Below the pieces are notes generated by a model. It saw nothing but the letters and a program-made list of their open reading frames with translations. It did no database searches and was not told the origin of the DNA. 64,000 bases of DNA, taken from NCBI RefSeq assembly GCF_006345805.1, contig NC_043011.1, positions 10,850,001-10,914,000 on the forward strand, read 5' to 3'. This DNA is from Octopus sinensis. Lineage: Eukaryota. Shown here in pieces: positions 37,643 through 50,195 of the stretch (position 1 is its first letter; each line of letters opens with the position of its first letter). The position numbers and the translations under genes were made by a program.

Positions 37643-37852
37643 TAAGCTGGCAGAATCGTTAGCATGCCAGGCGATATACTTAGCAGTATTTCATCTGCTG
37701 TTAAGATCTGTGTTCAAATTTTGCTGAGGTCGACTTTGCCCTTCATCCTTTCAGGGTTGATAAATTAAGTACCAGTGAAACACTGAGGTTGATGTAATCA
37801 ACTTGTCTCCTCCCTACAAATTCGAGGCCTTGTGACTCAAGCAGAAAGGATT
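37643..37852 (+). mobile_element. tRNA-derived SINE of a second family
   Basis: A-box-like tggcagaatcgttagc, B-box-like gttcaaat, central gaggtcgactttgcccttcatcctttcagggttgataaattaagtaccag. Confidence 0.8.
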
Positions 37853-38249
37853 CTATGTAATAGATAAATAAATGTTACCAACAACTTCGGCCACTCTTTC
37901 TTTCATGGAATCAACATCATTTTTGCTTTCAATCTAGACAACAATTATTACATTCTGGTAACCAGCTCATTACTCAGTTTTACCTGGAAACAGATCACCT
38001 TTAAAAACTCTGTTTGTGAAATATTTAGATGTATCTGGATGTACTTTACAAAAATAGCCAAGGGGATTTTGATCCTATCACAGTAAGATTTTGTTGTTAA
38101 GCACGTTTCTGATAAAAGTATTCGACATGTCAACGTCCTTTCTTGACTGAGATATAATGAGACTAAATGCAAATGCATTATATAAAAAAATAAAAAAGAA
38201 TTTTACAACATAATTAGAGATCGGGTTCAAACCTGTAATGTGAATTTGT

Positions 38250-38900
38250 TAAAGAGAAGGATTTCCTAACATGCGAAAATGGCTTAATATATCATAAAAG
38301 TCATCTGTTTATCCCAGCACCTTATACAGCCACAGTATTAGCTAAAATACACATGAGCATTCAACAAACAATTAAGAAGGCACGAATTAAGGTGTTTGTT
38401 GGCCTGAGTTGGCTTACTCGGTGGAGAAGTTTGACAAATCTTGCAATAGTTGCCAGAGTTAGGCCAAATTTAGTGAAGGCAAATGATTCATGGTCTATTT
38501 CTGGGTACTGGGGACGTGTGCATAGGGGAATGTTTAGACTTATGTTCCAAACATCGGTAACATACTTATAATTGTAGATGCCTATTCAGAATGGATCGAG
38601 ACTTTCTTGTGTCCTAATTGCTCATCTGAGACAGTAAAAAACAAGCTGCTGGATGTCTTCACTCATTTTGGTATGCCCACAGCTTTAGTATTGAGCATTA
38701 GACCTGAATTTGTTGCATTAAAGAATATGTTGTCATCTATGGGTTGCAGAAAGATTGAGACACCTGCTTACAGTCTGGTATCTAACAGTGCTGCTGAAAG
38801 GGACATACAAACTGTGAAAACTGCACTGAAGCATTTTGATTGAAAGACAAGGTATTTCGGCAACTACTTGAACAAAATTCTGTTCAACCACTGGAGTGCT
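38250..38900 (+). pseudogene. Gypsy-type LTR retrotransposon integrase relic
   Basis: Across frameshifts: LFIPAP...KIH...CNSCQ, WGRVH, LIIVDAYSEWIE, LLDVFTHFGMP, RPEF, SNSAAERDIQTVK (zinc-binding region plus rve core). No LTRs recognised. Confidence 0.85.
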
Positions 38901-39249
38901 TCAGGTGGTCGTAAATTATCATTGGCCAAAAACTTAATAAAATGACCATTAAGGTTTGCTGTAATCCTATTCTTTGGAATAGGTTAGGTTGTGATATACA
39001 ACACCACATTCAACAAGGTTGCATCCAAGACAAAATATGTGATGCATGCTGGAAAGAATACTGCATGGATTAAGGAGTTTCAACTACTGCAGTTAGTGGC
39101 AGTTGAGCCACTGGCCCCACTGAACACACAGTAACTAGAACCAGAATTGAGTGCAACACCTGGCACAATGGTTCATGCTGGACCAAATTTCCCTCAACTA
39201 AAATAAGGGATGAGTTTTGAGATGTAGAAACATAACACACAAGTAAATA

Positions 39250-39900
39250 TTTCAAATCTCTGCCAGGAATTACAAGGGCTCTTATTGAGTATTTTTATTT
39301 AAGCAACCAAATATCCCTCAAGAAAAGATTGTGTGAACAAGGGGTCACACATAGTAACCAAATTTCCTTCAAATATTTATAGTAAGCCCAATAATTGAAA
39401 TAAATTTAAATATCTTAATTTTCTCAATTAGATTGTTGCTGCTTTGGATGCCCAGTAGGTCTAGGTGTTGAGAAGTAGTAATCTAACACAGAAGTGGATG
39501 ATTGAAATCTCTGCTAGGAATTACAAGGATTGTATTTTTAAATAACTTTATTATTTAAGGAACCAAATTTCCATTAACAAAATGATTGTGTGTATGTGTG
39601 TGTGAAGAAGGGGTCACTAGGCAGCCTTCAAATAGTAACTAAATCTACTTTAAATCTTTATAGTAAGCCTAATAATTGAAATAAATTTCAATATTTTAGT
39701 TTTCTCCTTAGAAGGCTTCAAATTTCTGCCAGGAATTACAAGGGACCCTAGTAAAATGTTTTTTTAAGCAGCCAAATTTCCCTTAATTAAAAGATTGTGT
39801 GTGGAGAAGGTGCTACAAAGCAGCTTTGATATAGTAACAAAATCTCCCTAAAACTTTTATAGTAAATGCAATAATTGAAATAGATTTAAATATCTTCATT
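39250..39900 (+). repeat. Diverged tandem repeat, 3 units of about 215-250 bp
   Basis: aaat.tctgc.aggaattacaagg recurs near 39254, 39506 and 39720, each followed by tatagtaa...aataattgaaata.attt. Confidence 0.8.
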
Positions 39901-40566
39901 TAGTCATGAAAACTATCCTAATTAACTGGTCCTCCTGTATTTTCTTTTACCCAATGCCAGGAACTTTTCAGCCCCACCCTCATATGTAAGTATGTATATA
40001 TTCGCCATGTTGGACTCTATGTGTTTTTTTCATCCCCTTTCTATTTATTTTCTCTTATCCCTTTCTGTTAAAAAGTGTAGCCACAAAATGTAAAAGAATT
40101 TTCCCATTTTTCCTGAGTGTCAAACTAATACACTTGCTTGTTGTTCCTACACCTGTCTTCATCTTTTGCTTTTCTAAATTGAACTACGTATGTGTGGTAA
40201 ATCTTGCAGACATGAAGTGGATTTGATTCACCATAGCCAGATTTCAAGTAACAGTTCAACAGAACTATTCTCATGGTGGAACAATAGTTTTTCTGTGAGA
40301 GCAGTTTTACATTTGACAGATTGCCTTAGCTAGGCTGAAATAACGTGTTCACCACTTGACCCTTCTAACCTCTCTTAGGCCACTAAAAGCTAGAATTAAG
40401 ATAACAGACCACCAACTAAATCCATTGTTCTCTGCAGGATCAGACAAGCCCAATTCACTCCAGTGTTGGAGAGCTTCATCCAACTCCCTGTTGGAACTGG
40501 TCCATGTTGGAGAGGAGAGAATGTTGCTCCCCAGGGTGAAGCAGGTGTGAGTGGAGGAAAGGAAGC

Positions 40567-40605
<39 letters not shown>

Positions 40606-41482
40606 ACACTTAGGAAGACCAAGACTCCCAAATCGCTTGAGCAGTGCAACCTGATTGTGGGACGTTGGAGAGAGCCTGACATTAACCAAGCATTCAAGTG
40701 TCTGAAAGATTAGGTTGTTGAAGTTTTGGAGGCAAAATGAGAATCGGTGCGAGGAGTTGACTCTGAGCAAATATAGAAGCTTATGAATGGAAAGGTAATT
40801 TTACAAGCAGTCTTATCTGCCGATGAAATTTCACCTCTCATTTTAATATTATGCAGTGTGTGTCTTTCGAGGAATTTTGTAAGCCATCCAAATAAATTTT
40901 GGATAAAAGTCTTCTTTGAACTGGTTTACAACGCTTACAATTTTTTTTGTTTTGTTATTTTTATTCCCTTGTTATTTTTATTCTCATTATTAGAAATTTC
41001 TCCTTTCAGCCCGTGAAGCCTAGGATTTTTAATACTTTGAATTAATTATCCTTTTATCATGAAAAAGAATCCATTTTTATAAAAAAAACAACTTTAAAAT
41101 CTCATAACGTATTCGTTTCGTTTCGTTTACCCACACGCAGTTTTGTACTTTGGATCGCCATTCTTTTTTTGTTTTTGTTTTTATGGCACCTGACCAGAAA
41201 AATCGGATCTTAAATTATCTTTAAGGTAAATTGTCTTTGATATTCAGTTTCTGGGAAATATTTCTTGAGACTTGTTTTATACACATTATATTTCATGCTA
41301 AATGAGTTACTTTTGGTGAAATTTCGTTTTGACATACGAAAAAATCAACCTTTTGGCAAGAACTTAGGAAAATTCACAAGATCTGAGTTTTTCCCTCATA
41401 ACTTTTAGAAAATGTTTTTTTTTTTTAAATGAAATTTCTTATAACTTTCAAACGGCATAGATTATGATTATAAATAAACTAG

Positions 41483-42393
41483 GGATCTTTTCCTTTTGAA
41501 CAGCACTTTGTAACATAATTTCTAGTTAACTAAACACTTTTAAACTTCGTATACTGGTAGAATGTGTTTATAAAACATCATTTTTTCTTGGCTTTATTGA
41601 GAAATTCTATAGGTTGTAAGATATTCCGTCTGAAATTTCGAGCATTTCGGCAATTTTAACCAATTGCTGGAGTCCATTTAGGTAAACAATATTCCGTGCT
41701 GTATGAATATGTCCCTCCTTTAAGAAACAGATTGGGTTTATTTATATTTGTGAAGAAAAAAGATACCCTTCCCCAACCCCTAACCCTAAATCTAAAATAG
41801 ATTGAAATGCAATAGATCGATATTAGGGCCATAATTATGGGTGACATTTTCATTTGACATCGCTAGAAAAAAGTCCCATTTTCCGTAGCGGTGTCGTATG
41901 AAATTGTCACCCATAATTATGGCCCTAGTATCGATCTATTGCATTTCAAGCTATTTTAGATTTGGGGTTAGGGGTTGGGGAAGGGTATCTTTTTTCTTCA
42001 CAAATATAAATAAACCCAATCTGTTTCTTAAAGGAGGGACTTATTCATACAGCACGATCTATTTCAATCTATTTTAGATTTAGGGTAAGAGTTAGGGGTG
42101 GGGGAAGAGTATCTTTTTTCTTCACAAATGTAAATAAACCCAATCTGTTTCTTAAAGGAGGGACATATTCATACAGCATGGAATATTGTTTACCTAAATG
42201 GACTCCAGCAATTGGTTAAAATTGCCGAAATGCTCGAAATTAAAGACGAAATATCTTACAACCTATAGAATTTTCTCAATAAAGCCAAGAAAAAATGATG
42301 TTTTATAAACACATTCTACCAGTATACGAAGTTTCAAATCGTTTAGTTAACTAGAAATTGTGTTGAATTCTGTCTATCAAGAGGAAAAGATCC
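41483..42393. mobile_element. Fold-back element: ~370-bp left arm, 44-nt loop, right arm with a ~117-bp internal duplication
   Basis: 41483-41853 is the reverse complement of 41898-42393 once the duplicated block (about 41940-42057 and 42058-42178) is collapsed. Confidence 0.9.
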
Positions 42394-42409
42394 GATTTTT
42401 TATAAACAC

Positions 42410-43170
42410 TTTCACACCATGCTTGAAGGACAGCATATGTTCAAAAAGATTTCCAAGGAGGTTCCTACAATAAACTCAGACAGGTGCTGATGGGTATCCA
42501 TCATACAGACGCAGAAAACCAGAAGACGGAGGTTTCACAACAACTATCAGACAGCACGATATTGATAATAGATGGATTGTTCCATACTGCCCACTCCTGT
42601 CAAGGACTTTCAATGCCCACATCAACGTTGAGTTTTGCAACTCCGTTAAATCCATCAAGTACGTTTGCAAATATGTAAACAAGGGTTCTGACGCTGCAAT
42701 GTTTGGACTTCAACAAGAATACTGCCAGGATGAGGAGACACATTATCAGGTGGGACGGTACCTAAGTAGCAACGAGGCTTTCTGGTGCATCTTTGGCTTT
42801 CCAATTCACCAACAATACCCCGCCATTCAACAGCTTGTAGTGCACCTGGAAAATGGTCAAAGAGTGTACTTCACTGATGCTAATGCTTCTCTGTTGGCAG
42901 AGGAATCAAGAGATAGCACACTCACTGCATTCTCCAAGTGGATCCATTCGCTCAAACCTTGCTGTATCCACATTCATAGATTCCATCGTACTACACTTGG
43001 AATGGAAAAAAATGGGCCCCACGGAAAGCAGGTCAAAATGTTCATGGATACCCTGGCATTAAGTTTCACACTTGCCTTGGGCGAGTATACACAGTGCATC
43101 CCACTCAATAAGAGTGCTTCTACTTTCGTCTACTACTGCATGAGGTCAGAGGGCCAACGTCTTTCCAGGC
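42410..43170 (+). pseudogene. Helitron Rep/helicase fragment
   Basis: CSKRFPR, DGYPSYRRR, IDNRWIVPYCPLLSRTFNAHINVEFCNSVKSIKYVCKYVNKGSD, GRYLSSNEAFW, VHLENGQRVYF, LGRVYTVHP, FYFRLLLHEVRGPTSF. Confidence 0.95.
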
Positions 43171-43335
43171 CCTAAAACTGTCTCAAAGGGACGAAAATAT
43201 TTTGACAAATTAAATTTAAATGTTGAAGTGAATCTATCGGTTTTGTGTGTTTCTTAAATGGCTTATGAACACCTTCCACCCTGCAATTGTTATATATATA
43301 TTTACTTCTGGTATATGTATATATATGTGTGTGTG

Positions 43336-43413
<78 letters not shown>

Positions 43414-43416
<3 letters not shown>

Positions 43417-43622
43417 GGTGTCCCAGAAGTCGCGTACCACCCTGGTATTTTAAAAGAATACATTCTTACTGATTTCAAAAACACGTTATTGAAATTAATC
43501 ATAACAAATGCTAAAATTGAGCACCCTCTACAATAAAACTTGCAGAAAAAATATAATAAAATAAAATGCTTTAGTTATTTTTAATGGAAACCAGAATGGT
43601 GCGAGACTTCTGGGACACCTTG
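43414..43622. mobile_element. Tc1/mariner-type MITE (209 bp)
   Basis: TA|cagggtgtcccagaagtcgcgtaccac versus tggtgcgagacttctgggacaccttg; TIR related to the 22972-23808 element. Confidence 0.8.
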
Positions 43623-43635
43623 TGTGCGCACGTAT

Positions 43636-45780
43636 GATTTTGATTTTGATTTTGATTTTTCCAGTTTCAGCTAATGAGCTGTGGCCATGCTGGGGCACCG
43701 CCATTTGGTTTGCTACACGATTTTACCTCACGGATGCTTTTTAGCAAACGCCATCTGATGCATGAGAGAGTTCGATGCAGCTGCCCTCATCTGCACCTCC
43801 TGCCGTGAAGTTGGTTCATCCGGGACACCTGACAGGAAGAGATCCAGTCCTACTTTAAAGACATCCGCATCTACACCATGCAGGTCCCTCAGGTTCTTCA
43901 GGAGGATATTGAAGAGCTGTGGGCCTCTGAAGCCCAGGCTATCACAATATCTTGTCCTACATCTTGATGGCAAATTTGGAGTCCTTGGTACTACGCAGTG
44001 GCGTCCGGTTCTGGCATTAGTGTGACTCTCGATGCTAAAGTCTGGGACAAGTCCTTCCAGGATCTTCGAGATATATATTATGGCATATATTTCTCGCCTA
44101 CGCTCCAGGGAATAGAGCTTTAATCTCTTGAGTCTTTCCCAGTAGCTCATATGCTGCACAGAGGCTATCTTCTTCGTGTAGCTTCGTTGGATCGCCTCAA
44201 GTTCTGTGATCAACTTGACACTGGATGGTGACCATGGCTGAGAGCAATAGTCAAAGTGGCTTAGGACAAGTGTCTTCCAGAGGACCATCATGGTTTCTTG
44301 TTCTCTTGTTCTAAAGATTCTAAGAATCCATCCAGCCAGCCGTCTACATTTCATTGCCAGTTTAGCAACATGTACATGAAAGGTCGCGTCATCACTCATG
44401 TGAATACCCAGGTCACGCACTGATTGTGCCTCTGGGATTGCAATCCCTCCGGGTCCAGTGTATTCATTGGGTATTGCATTCAGTTTTGCATGCTGATAGT
44501 ATAAAGCTTGAAACTTTTCAGCATTGAACTGCATGCTATTCTTTTCAGCCCACTTGTATATTTCGTCCAGCTCACATTGCAGGTGCTTAGTGTATTCAGG
44601 GTTCTGTATTGCCTGTGAAACTTTTGTATCATCTGCATAACTTGTGATCGTGGCTCTCTGCGTGGCTGAGGGCATGTCTGAGAGGGCCATTATGAACAGT
44701 AGTGGTCCCAAAACAGTGCCCTGCGGAACACCGCTCACTATTTGCGTGTTAATGGAAGTGGCCCCATTGGCTGCTACCACCTGACTTCTATTCTTCAGAA
44801 AGTCATGAAGCCATTCTCCCAATTTTCCAACTATGCCAAGATCACGCAGTTTGTGACATATCATTCCATGATCGACTTTATCAAAGGCCTTTGCAAAGTC
44901 GAGATATATGACTTCCACATTTGAGTGGTTGAGCAGTTGTTTCAGCACCCAGTCATAGTGTTGTAGGAGCTGAGTTAAGCAGCTTCTTCCTGGTCGGAAA
45001 CCATGTTGGGTGTCAGGCAGCAAGTCATTTTCTTCAAGGAAGGTGATTAGTTTCCTTCTGACTATTCGTTCCATGACCTTGCTGATGTGTGAGGTGAGAG
45101 AGATAGGTCTGTAGTTCTTGGCCTCCGCTCTGCTACCTCCCTTATGAATAGGGCATATTTTACCTTCCTTCAGTTTTCTTGGAAGTTTGCCAGCTGCAAG
45201 GAAGCTCTGAAAGAGGATCTGCAGTGGTCTTGCTAGGACTCTCTTACATACTTTTAGGAGGATTGCCGGGAATCCATCGGGGCCAATAGCTGAGTCTGTT
45301 TTCATTTCATCTATAGCCTTTATTACATCGTCTTCCTTTATATCGATGTAATTTATCGTCGCCGCCTCTGATTTTATATCTGCAGTGGTAAAGAAGTCAG
45401 TTGGATTGGTGATTTGGAAATGGCCGAGGGGTGGAGTGAAAACACTCTTGAATTGCTCATTCAGTATTTCACTTACCCTCATTGGTTTTCCTGTAAGTGT
45501 GCCATCCTTTTCAAGGAGTGGCCCTATCCTACAGTGCACTGTAGCTGTTTCTTTGGCATACCTGTAGAAAGCTCTGGGGTTAGATTTTATGTTGTCTATA
45601 GCCCAGGCTTCTTTGTCTGCTCTTTCCTTTTCATGGGAGAGTTGCAGACACTTTTCAATTTCCAACAGTTTTATTTTCAGGCGGGACTTTTCACTGCTTT
45701 CAATTTGTTTGTTTAGGCGATTTGAAATTTTTGTACACCGTCTCATTAAAATGTTCCTCTCTCTGGGGATTTTGTTCTTG
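43636..45780 (-). mobile_element. CR1/L2-type LINE, 5'-truncated, young
   Basis: Open 672-aa frame, 3' UTR with ggcggtgccccagcatggcc...gctgaaac and an (AAAATC)n tail. Confidence 0.95.
43728..45746 (-). CDS. CR1/L2-type reverse transcriptase (ORF2, N-terminally truncated)
   Basis: NYRPISLTS, QHGFRPGRSC, YLDFAKAFDKV, SGVPQGTVLGP, YADDTK, RDLGI; no endonuclease domain present. Confidence 0.9.
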   Translation of the reverse strand: MRRCTKISNRLNKQIESSEKSRLKIKLLEIEKCLQLSHEKERADKEAWAIDNIKSNPRAFYRYAKETATVHCRIGPLLEKDGTLTGKPMRVSEILNEQFKSVFTPPLGHFQITNPTDFFTTADIKSEAATINYIDIKEDDVIKAIDEMKTDSAIGPDGFPAILLKVCKRVLARPLQILFQSFLAAGKLPRKLKEGKICPIHKGGSRAEAKNYRPISLTSHISKVMERIVRRKLITFLEENDLLPDTQHGFRPGRSCLTQLLQHYDWVLKQLLNHSNVEVIYLDFAKAFDKVDHGMICHKLRDLGIVGKLGEWLHDFLKNRSQVVAANGATSINTQIVSGVPQGTVLGPLLFIMALSDMPSATQRATITSYADDTKVSQAIQNPEYTKHLQCELDEIYKWAEKNSMQFNAEKFQALYYQHAKLNAIPNEYTGPGGIAIPEAQSVRDLGIHMSDDATFHVHVAKLAMKCRRLAGWILRIFRTREQETMMVLWKTLVLSHFDYCSQPWSPSSVKLITELEAIQRSYTKKIASVQHMSYWERLKRLKLYSLERRREIYAIIYISKILEGLVPDFSIESHTNARTGRHCVVPRTPNLPSRCRTRYCDSLGFRGPQLFNILLKNLRDLHGVDADVFKVGLDLFLSGVPDEPTSRQEVQMRAAASNSLMHQMAFAKKHP

Positions 45781-45782
45781 TG

Positions 45783-45831
<49 letters not shown>

Positions 45832-45839
45832 TATATATA

Positions 45840-47394
45840 CAGTTGCGGCCAAAATGTTCAGAACGGCATTGTTTTCGCCAGAAAAGTAGGTAAAGTTTTT
45901 ATCAAAGTTGTTTTATGTTCTATAATTTTCACAGGCAATAAATACGATATTAATTGTTATTGTCTGAGATTTTGGTGTAATTTGAGAGAATAATACAAAA
46001 GTTATGGATCATTGAGTGATTTACTGCAAAACCCATAGCGGCCAAAATGATCAGAACGGTTGAAAAAATAACAAAATATTCAAAAATGACATCTTTGTCA
46101 TACTGGAATTATTTAATATTTAGTGTGAAGCCCTTTAGCTTCAATCACACTCTGACATTTTCAACTGCATGAGGAAATTAAATTTTCAATTTCTTGCTAG
46201 GTGCTCTTATTCCATTCTTCCTGAAGGGCATTCCATAATTGCTCGGTTGTTTTAGGATTTCTGGCTTTCGAACGTTCTCCTAGAATATTCCACTCATTTT
46301 CAATAGGATTGAGATCTGGGCTTTGAGCAGGCCAATCCATAATTGAGGAAGTTCATGACCACCTTAGCCTTGTGACATAGGGCATTGTCCTGCATGAATA
46401 TGGGTGGTCGCTTAGTTGAATTTCTCAGCACAGGCAAGACATGATCTTTTACAAGTTGTTTACAAAATCCTGCATTTACCTTTCTGTGTAATCGCACCAA
46501 AGAGCCCACACCATCTCCAGATATCATCCCCCAAACCATGACATTTCCTCCACCGAATTTAACACTAGTCTTAAGGCATTTAGGCGACAATTTTTCACCT
46601 ACTGTTCCCATCTGAGCAAAATAACATCACTGAAATGCACAGTTTGCCATTTTTCTTGAGACCACAACACATGTTTGGAGCTGATCAGTGGCTTCACTGC
46701 AGGTGATCTTGCATGTAGGTTATTTATGTTCAACTAAACGATGAGACACAGTTTTTCGAGATAACGTTTTCTTCAGTACAATGCTCATTTCCTGAGAAAC
46801 AGCAGCAGCAGTTTTAAATCTGTCCTTTTTAACCAACTTTACCATAGCACGATCTTCTCTCTTGGTCGTTTTTCTTGGCCTACCTGTAGACTTTCTTGCT
46901 TCACGTGAACCACAATCATCGAAGACCTTAAGAATACCCTGAACAACACTTTTTGACTTGTTAACAATCTTTGCAATAGACCCAATACTTAAATTATCCT
47001 TCTTTCGAAGCTTAATAACTTGCTGACGAATTGGTAACGGAGTAAGTGGCATTATATTAACAAAGTACACTGCAGATATTCTTTCTAATGTTTAGTAAAC
47101 GAACCATCACATAAACAAATTCAAAACATTAGAGTTTGCCGGTTAAATATACTAAAACACGGAGTAAAAGCAACCGTTCTGATCATTTTGGCCGCTATGG
47201 GTTTTGCAGTAAATCACTAAATCATCCATAACTTTTGTATTATCCTCTCAAATTACACCAAAATCTCAGACAATAACAATTAATATCGTATTTATTGTCT
47301 GTGAAAATTATAGAATATAAAACAACTTTGATAAAAACTTATACCTACTTTTCTGGCGAAAACAATGCCGTTCTGAACATTTTGGCCGCAACTG
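45840..47394 (-). mobile_element. Tc1 transposon of IR/DR type, full length (1555 bp)
   Basis: ~223-bp TIRs (45840-46062 and 47171-47394), each bracketed by direct repeats gcggccaaaatg(t/a)tcagaacgg; TA on both flanks. Confidence 0.97.
46113..47052 (-). pseudogene. Tc1 DD34E-type transposase, broken
   Basis: HTH region, GRPRKTT, VKFGGGNVMVWG, FMQDNA.CH, DWPAQSPDLNPIEN; frameshifts and deletions near 46720, 46620 and 46345. Confidence 0.92.
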
Positions 47395-47465
<71 letters not shown>

Positions 47466-47495
47466 CTCAAAAGAAGCAACAAGAATATCTTCGGT

Positions 47496-47585
47496 AATTT
47501 GTTACGATCGTTTCACGCTACATCATTTTATTAAACATTGTAAGTATTACAACAGTTTTAAAATGTTGAGCAATCATCAGCCATT
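47496..47585 (-). ncRNA. Degenerate type I hammerhead ribozyme motif (GATC loop III)
   Basis: aatgg CTGATGA ttgct...agcgt GAAA c gatc g TA acaaatt; core intact, stems I and II poorly paired. Confidence 0.55.
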
Positions 47586-47737
47586 AATAGAGGTTTTCCA
47601 TCAATACATATACTTATTTTCATGTTAAATGATAACATTATAAAGAGGGTAGATATACCCCATGGATAACACCGTACAAAATTCTGGTGCATCTAATTTA
47701 AGTATCACATTCATTTCAATCTAAATTTTGCTGAACG

Positions 47738-47772
<35 letters not shown>

Positions 47773-47832
47773 ATGGTCTCTTGCAAGAAGTTTATGGACC
47801 GTCTTCTCTGATGACACCACTTTGAAGCAGGG

Positions 47833-48519
47833 ATGGTAAAGAACTTCGTGATTCACAAGGAATTCTGCGATGGGGGCAAGAACACTGATGCACTTTTGAA
47901 TCAGCAGTTTGTAGTTAGTGAAGATGTTCTCAATCTCATACCTGGATTACCCGTGAAGGCAGCACTCGCAGAACCACCAAAGTTGGAAGAAGTTGCAGTG
48001 GCTGTCTCAATGATGAATATTGGGAAATCTCCGGGCATGGATGGCATACATGCGGAGTTGTTACAGCATGGTGGTGAGAAACTTCTGCAGCAACTTCACT
48101 CTTTGTTTGGTAAGATATGGGCTAGTGAATCTGTACCTGAGGACTGGAGAGATACAGTAACGGTGGTCTTGTATAAGGGAAAGGGCAACAGGAATGATTT
48201 TGGTAACTATAAGGGAATATCATTGCTTTCTGTCGTAGGAAAGGTTTTATGCAGGGTACTTCTGGATCGTCTGCTGAAACACGTTGCAGATTGTGTTCTT
48301 CCAGAAAGTCAATCTGGCTTTCATGTGGGACGTGGCACTGCTGATAGGATCTTTTCAGCTAGACAGCTTCAGGAGAAGTGTGTGGAACAGGGTCTGGATT
48401 TGTATCAGGTTTTTGTCGATCTGACAAAAGCCTTTAATACCGTTAATAGAAAAGCATTGTGGAAAGTCCTCCAGAAACTTGGGTGTCCTGAAAAGTTCCT
48501 TGCTTTGGTGGAAGGGTAG
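47833..48519 (+). pseudogene. RTE/BovB-like reverse transcriptase fragment (different family), truncated at both ends
   Basis: GKSPGMDGIHAELL, GNYKGISLLSVVGK, LPESQSGF, LQEKCVEQ, FVDLTKAF. Confidence 0.9.
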
Positions 48520-48749
48520 TCAACACTCAAGACAGCTATTATGCTGTCCCCAACAGAAAAACCACTACGTGGATTCTTTTGAGACTAGTAAGGAACAATT
48601 ATGAACATTTTTATTACACTTAACTTTTTAAAATATTTTTGATAAGGTTCGTTTTTATCAAGGACCAAAATATGTAAAATAAAAATTTATCTTATATAGT
48701 AGCGTTTTTCAAACTTCGTTTTTATACACACACACACACACACACACAC

Positions 48750-48813
<64 letters not shown>

Positions 48814-48921
48814 CGTGACCGACCAGGCCATCAGATGTTGTTACACATCGCTGGTCACAATGCGCTTTGCATTGTTTTAGCCTTCAAATGACGCCATCCC
48901 GCTGGCTAAGCGAGCAGGCCA

Positions 48922-48954
<33 letters not shown>

Positions 48955-49074
48955 AAAGCAATTAAGATTCAAATCAATTCTAAAGAATTTACTTGAATGT
49001 GGTACTTAACTTAGATGCACCAGAAAACTATATGGTGTTAACCATACAGTAATGTGGGGTGATTATAAACGAGA

Positions 49075-49407
49075 AAGAAGCAACAAGAATGGATTAGTTT
49101 TTAGTACAATTGTTTCATACAAAGACAGGCTTTATTACAAGTTGCAAAAATTGCAGCAGATAAAAATGTCCCGTACTCATCAGCTAAAATACATGTGAGT
49201 TCTCCAAACATCTTATTGGGTGAGGCTATACTCATGAAGTATTGGAGATAATTTCATTTAAGGCAGATTTAGGTTGCAAACAGATTTCCAAAGTTCCTTA
49301 ATGATGATGCACAGTCTTTTATCTGCTGCAATTTTTGCAACTTGTAATAAAGCCTGTCTTTGTATGAAACAATTGTACTAAAAACTAATCCATTCTTGTT
49401 GCTTCTT
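49075..49407. repeat. Perfect 91-bp inverted repeat (49075-49165 and 49317-49407)
   Basis: Exact reverse complements by eye; the left arm overlaps a hammerhead motif. Confidence 0.95.
49099..49189 (-). ncRNA. Type I hammerhead ribozyme (AATT loop III)
   Basis: ttttag CTGATGA gtac...gtat GAAA c aatt g TA ctaaaa: 6-bp stem I, full core, stem II with extension, predicted GUA cleavage between 49105 and 49104. Confidence 0.85.
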
Positions 49408-49427
49408 ATATATGTATATATATATAT

Positions 49428-49813
49428 CTTTTACTCTTTTACTTGTTTCAGTCATTTGACTGCGGCCATGCTGGAGCACCGCCTTTAGTCGAGCAAATCG
49501 ACCTCGGGACTTATTCTTTGTAAGCCCAGTACTTATTCTATCGGTCTCTTTTGCCGAACCGCTAAGTGACGGGGACATAAACACACCAGCATCGGTTGTC
49601 AAGCAATGCTAGGGGGACAAACACAGACACACAAACATATACACACACAAACATATATATATATACATATATACGACAGGCTTCTTTCAGTTTCCGTCTA
49701 CCAAATCCACTCACAAGGCATTGGTCGGCCCGGGGCTATAGCAGAAGACACTTGCCCAAGATGCCATGCAGTGGGACTGAACCCGGAACCATGTGGCTTG
49801 TTAGCAAGCTACT
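49428..49813 (-). mobile_element. tRNA-derived SINE, well preserved, head clipped
   Basis: B-box-like gggttcagtccc, internal (TG)/(TA) tract, 3' end ggcggtgctccagcatggccgcagtcaaatgactgaaacaagtaaaagagtaaaaga. Confidence 0.92.
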
Positions 49814-49827
49814 TATATATATATAAT

Positions 49828-49902
<75 letters not shown>

Positions 49903-50024
49903 ATATATATATATAATATATATATATATATAGATATATATATATATATATATATATATACTATATATATATATATATATAATATATATGTATATATATA
50001 TGTATATATATATATGTATGTATG

Positions 50025-50068
<44 letters not shown>

Positions 50069-50105
50069 TGTATATATATATGTATATATGTATATATATA
50101 TATAT

Positions 50106-50195
<90 letters not shown>

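Noticed and set aside
41765-41795. ccctaaccctaa telomere-like hexamers
   Set aside because: Only about two units, internal to the fold-back element arms; not an interstitial telomere array.
43636-43659. (AAAATC)n shared between the CR1 tail and the RTE 3' UTR
   Set aside because: A simple repeat with no flanking homology; convergence is sufficient.
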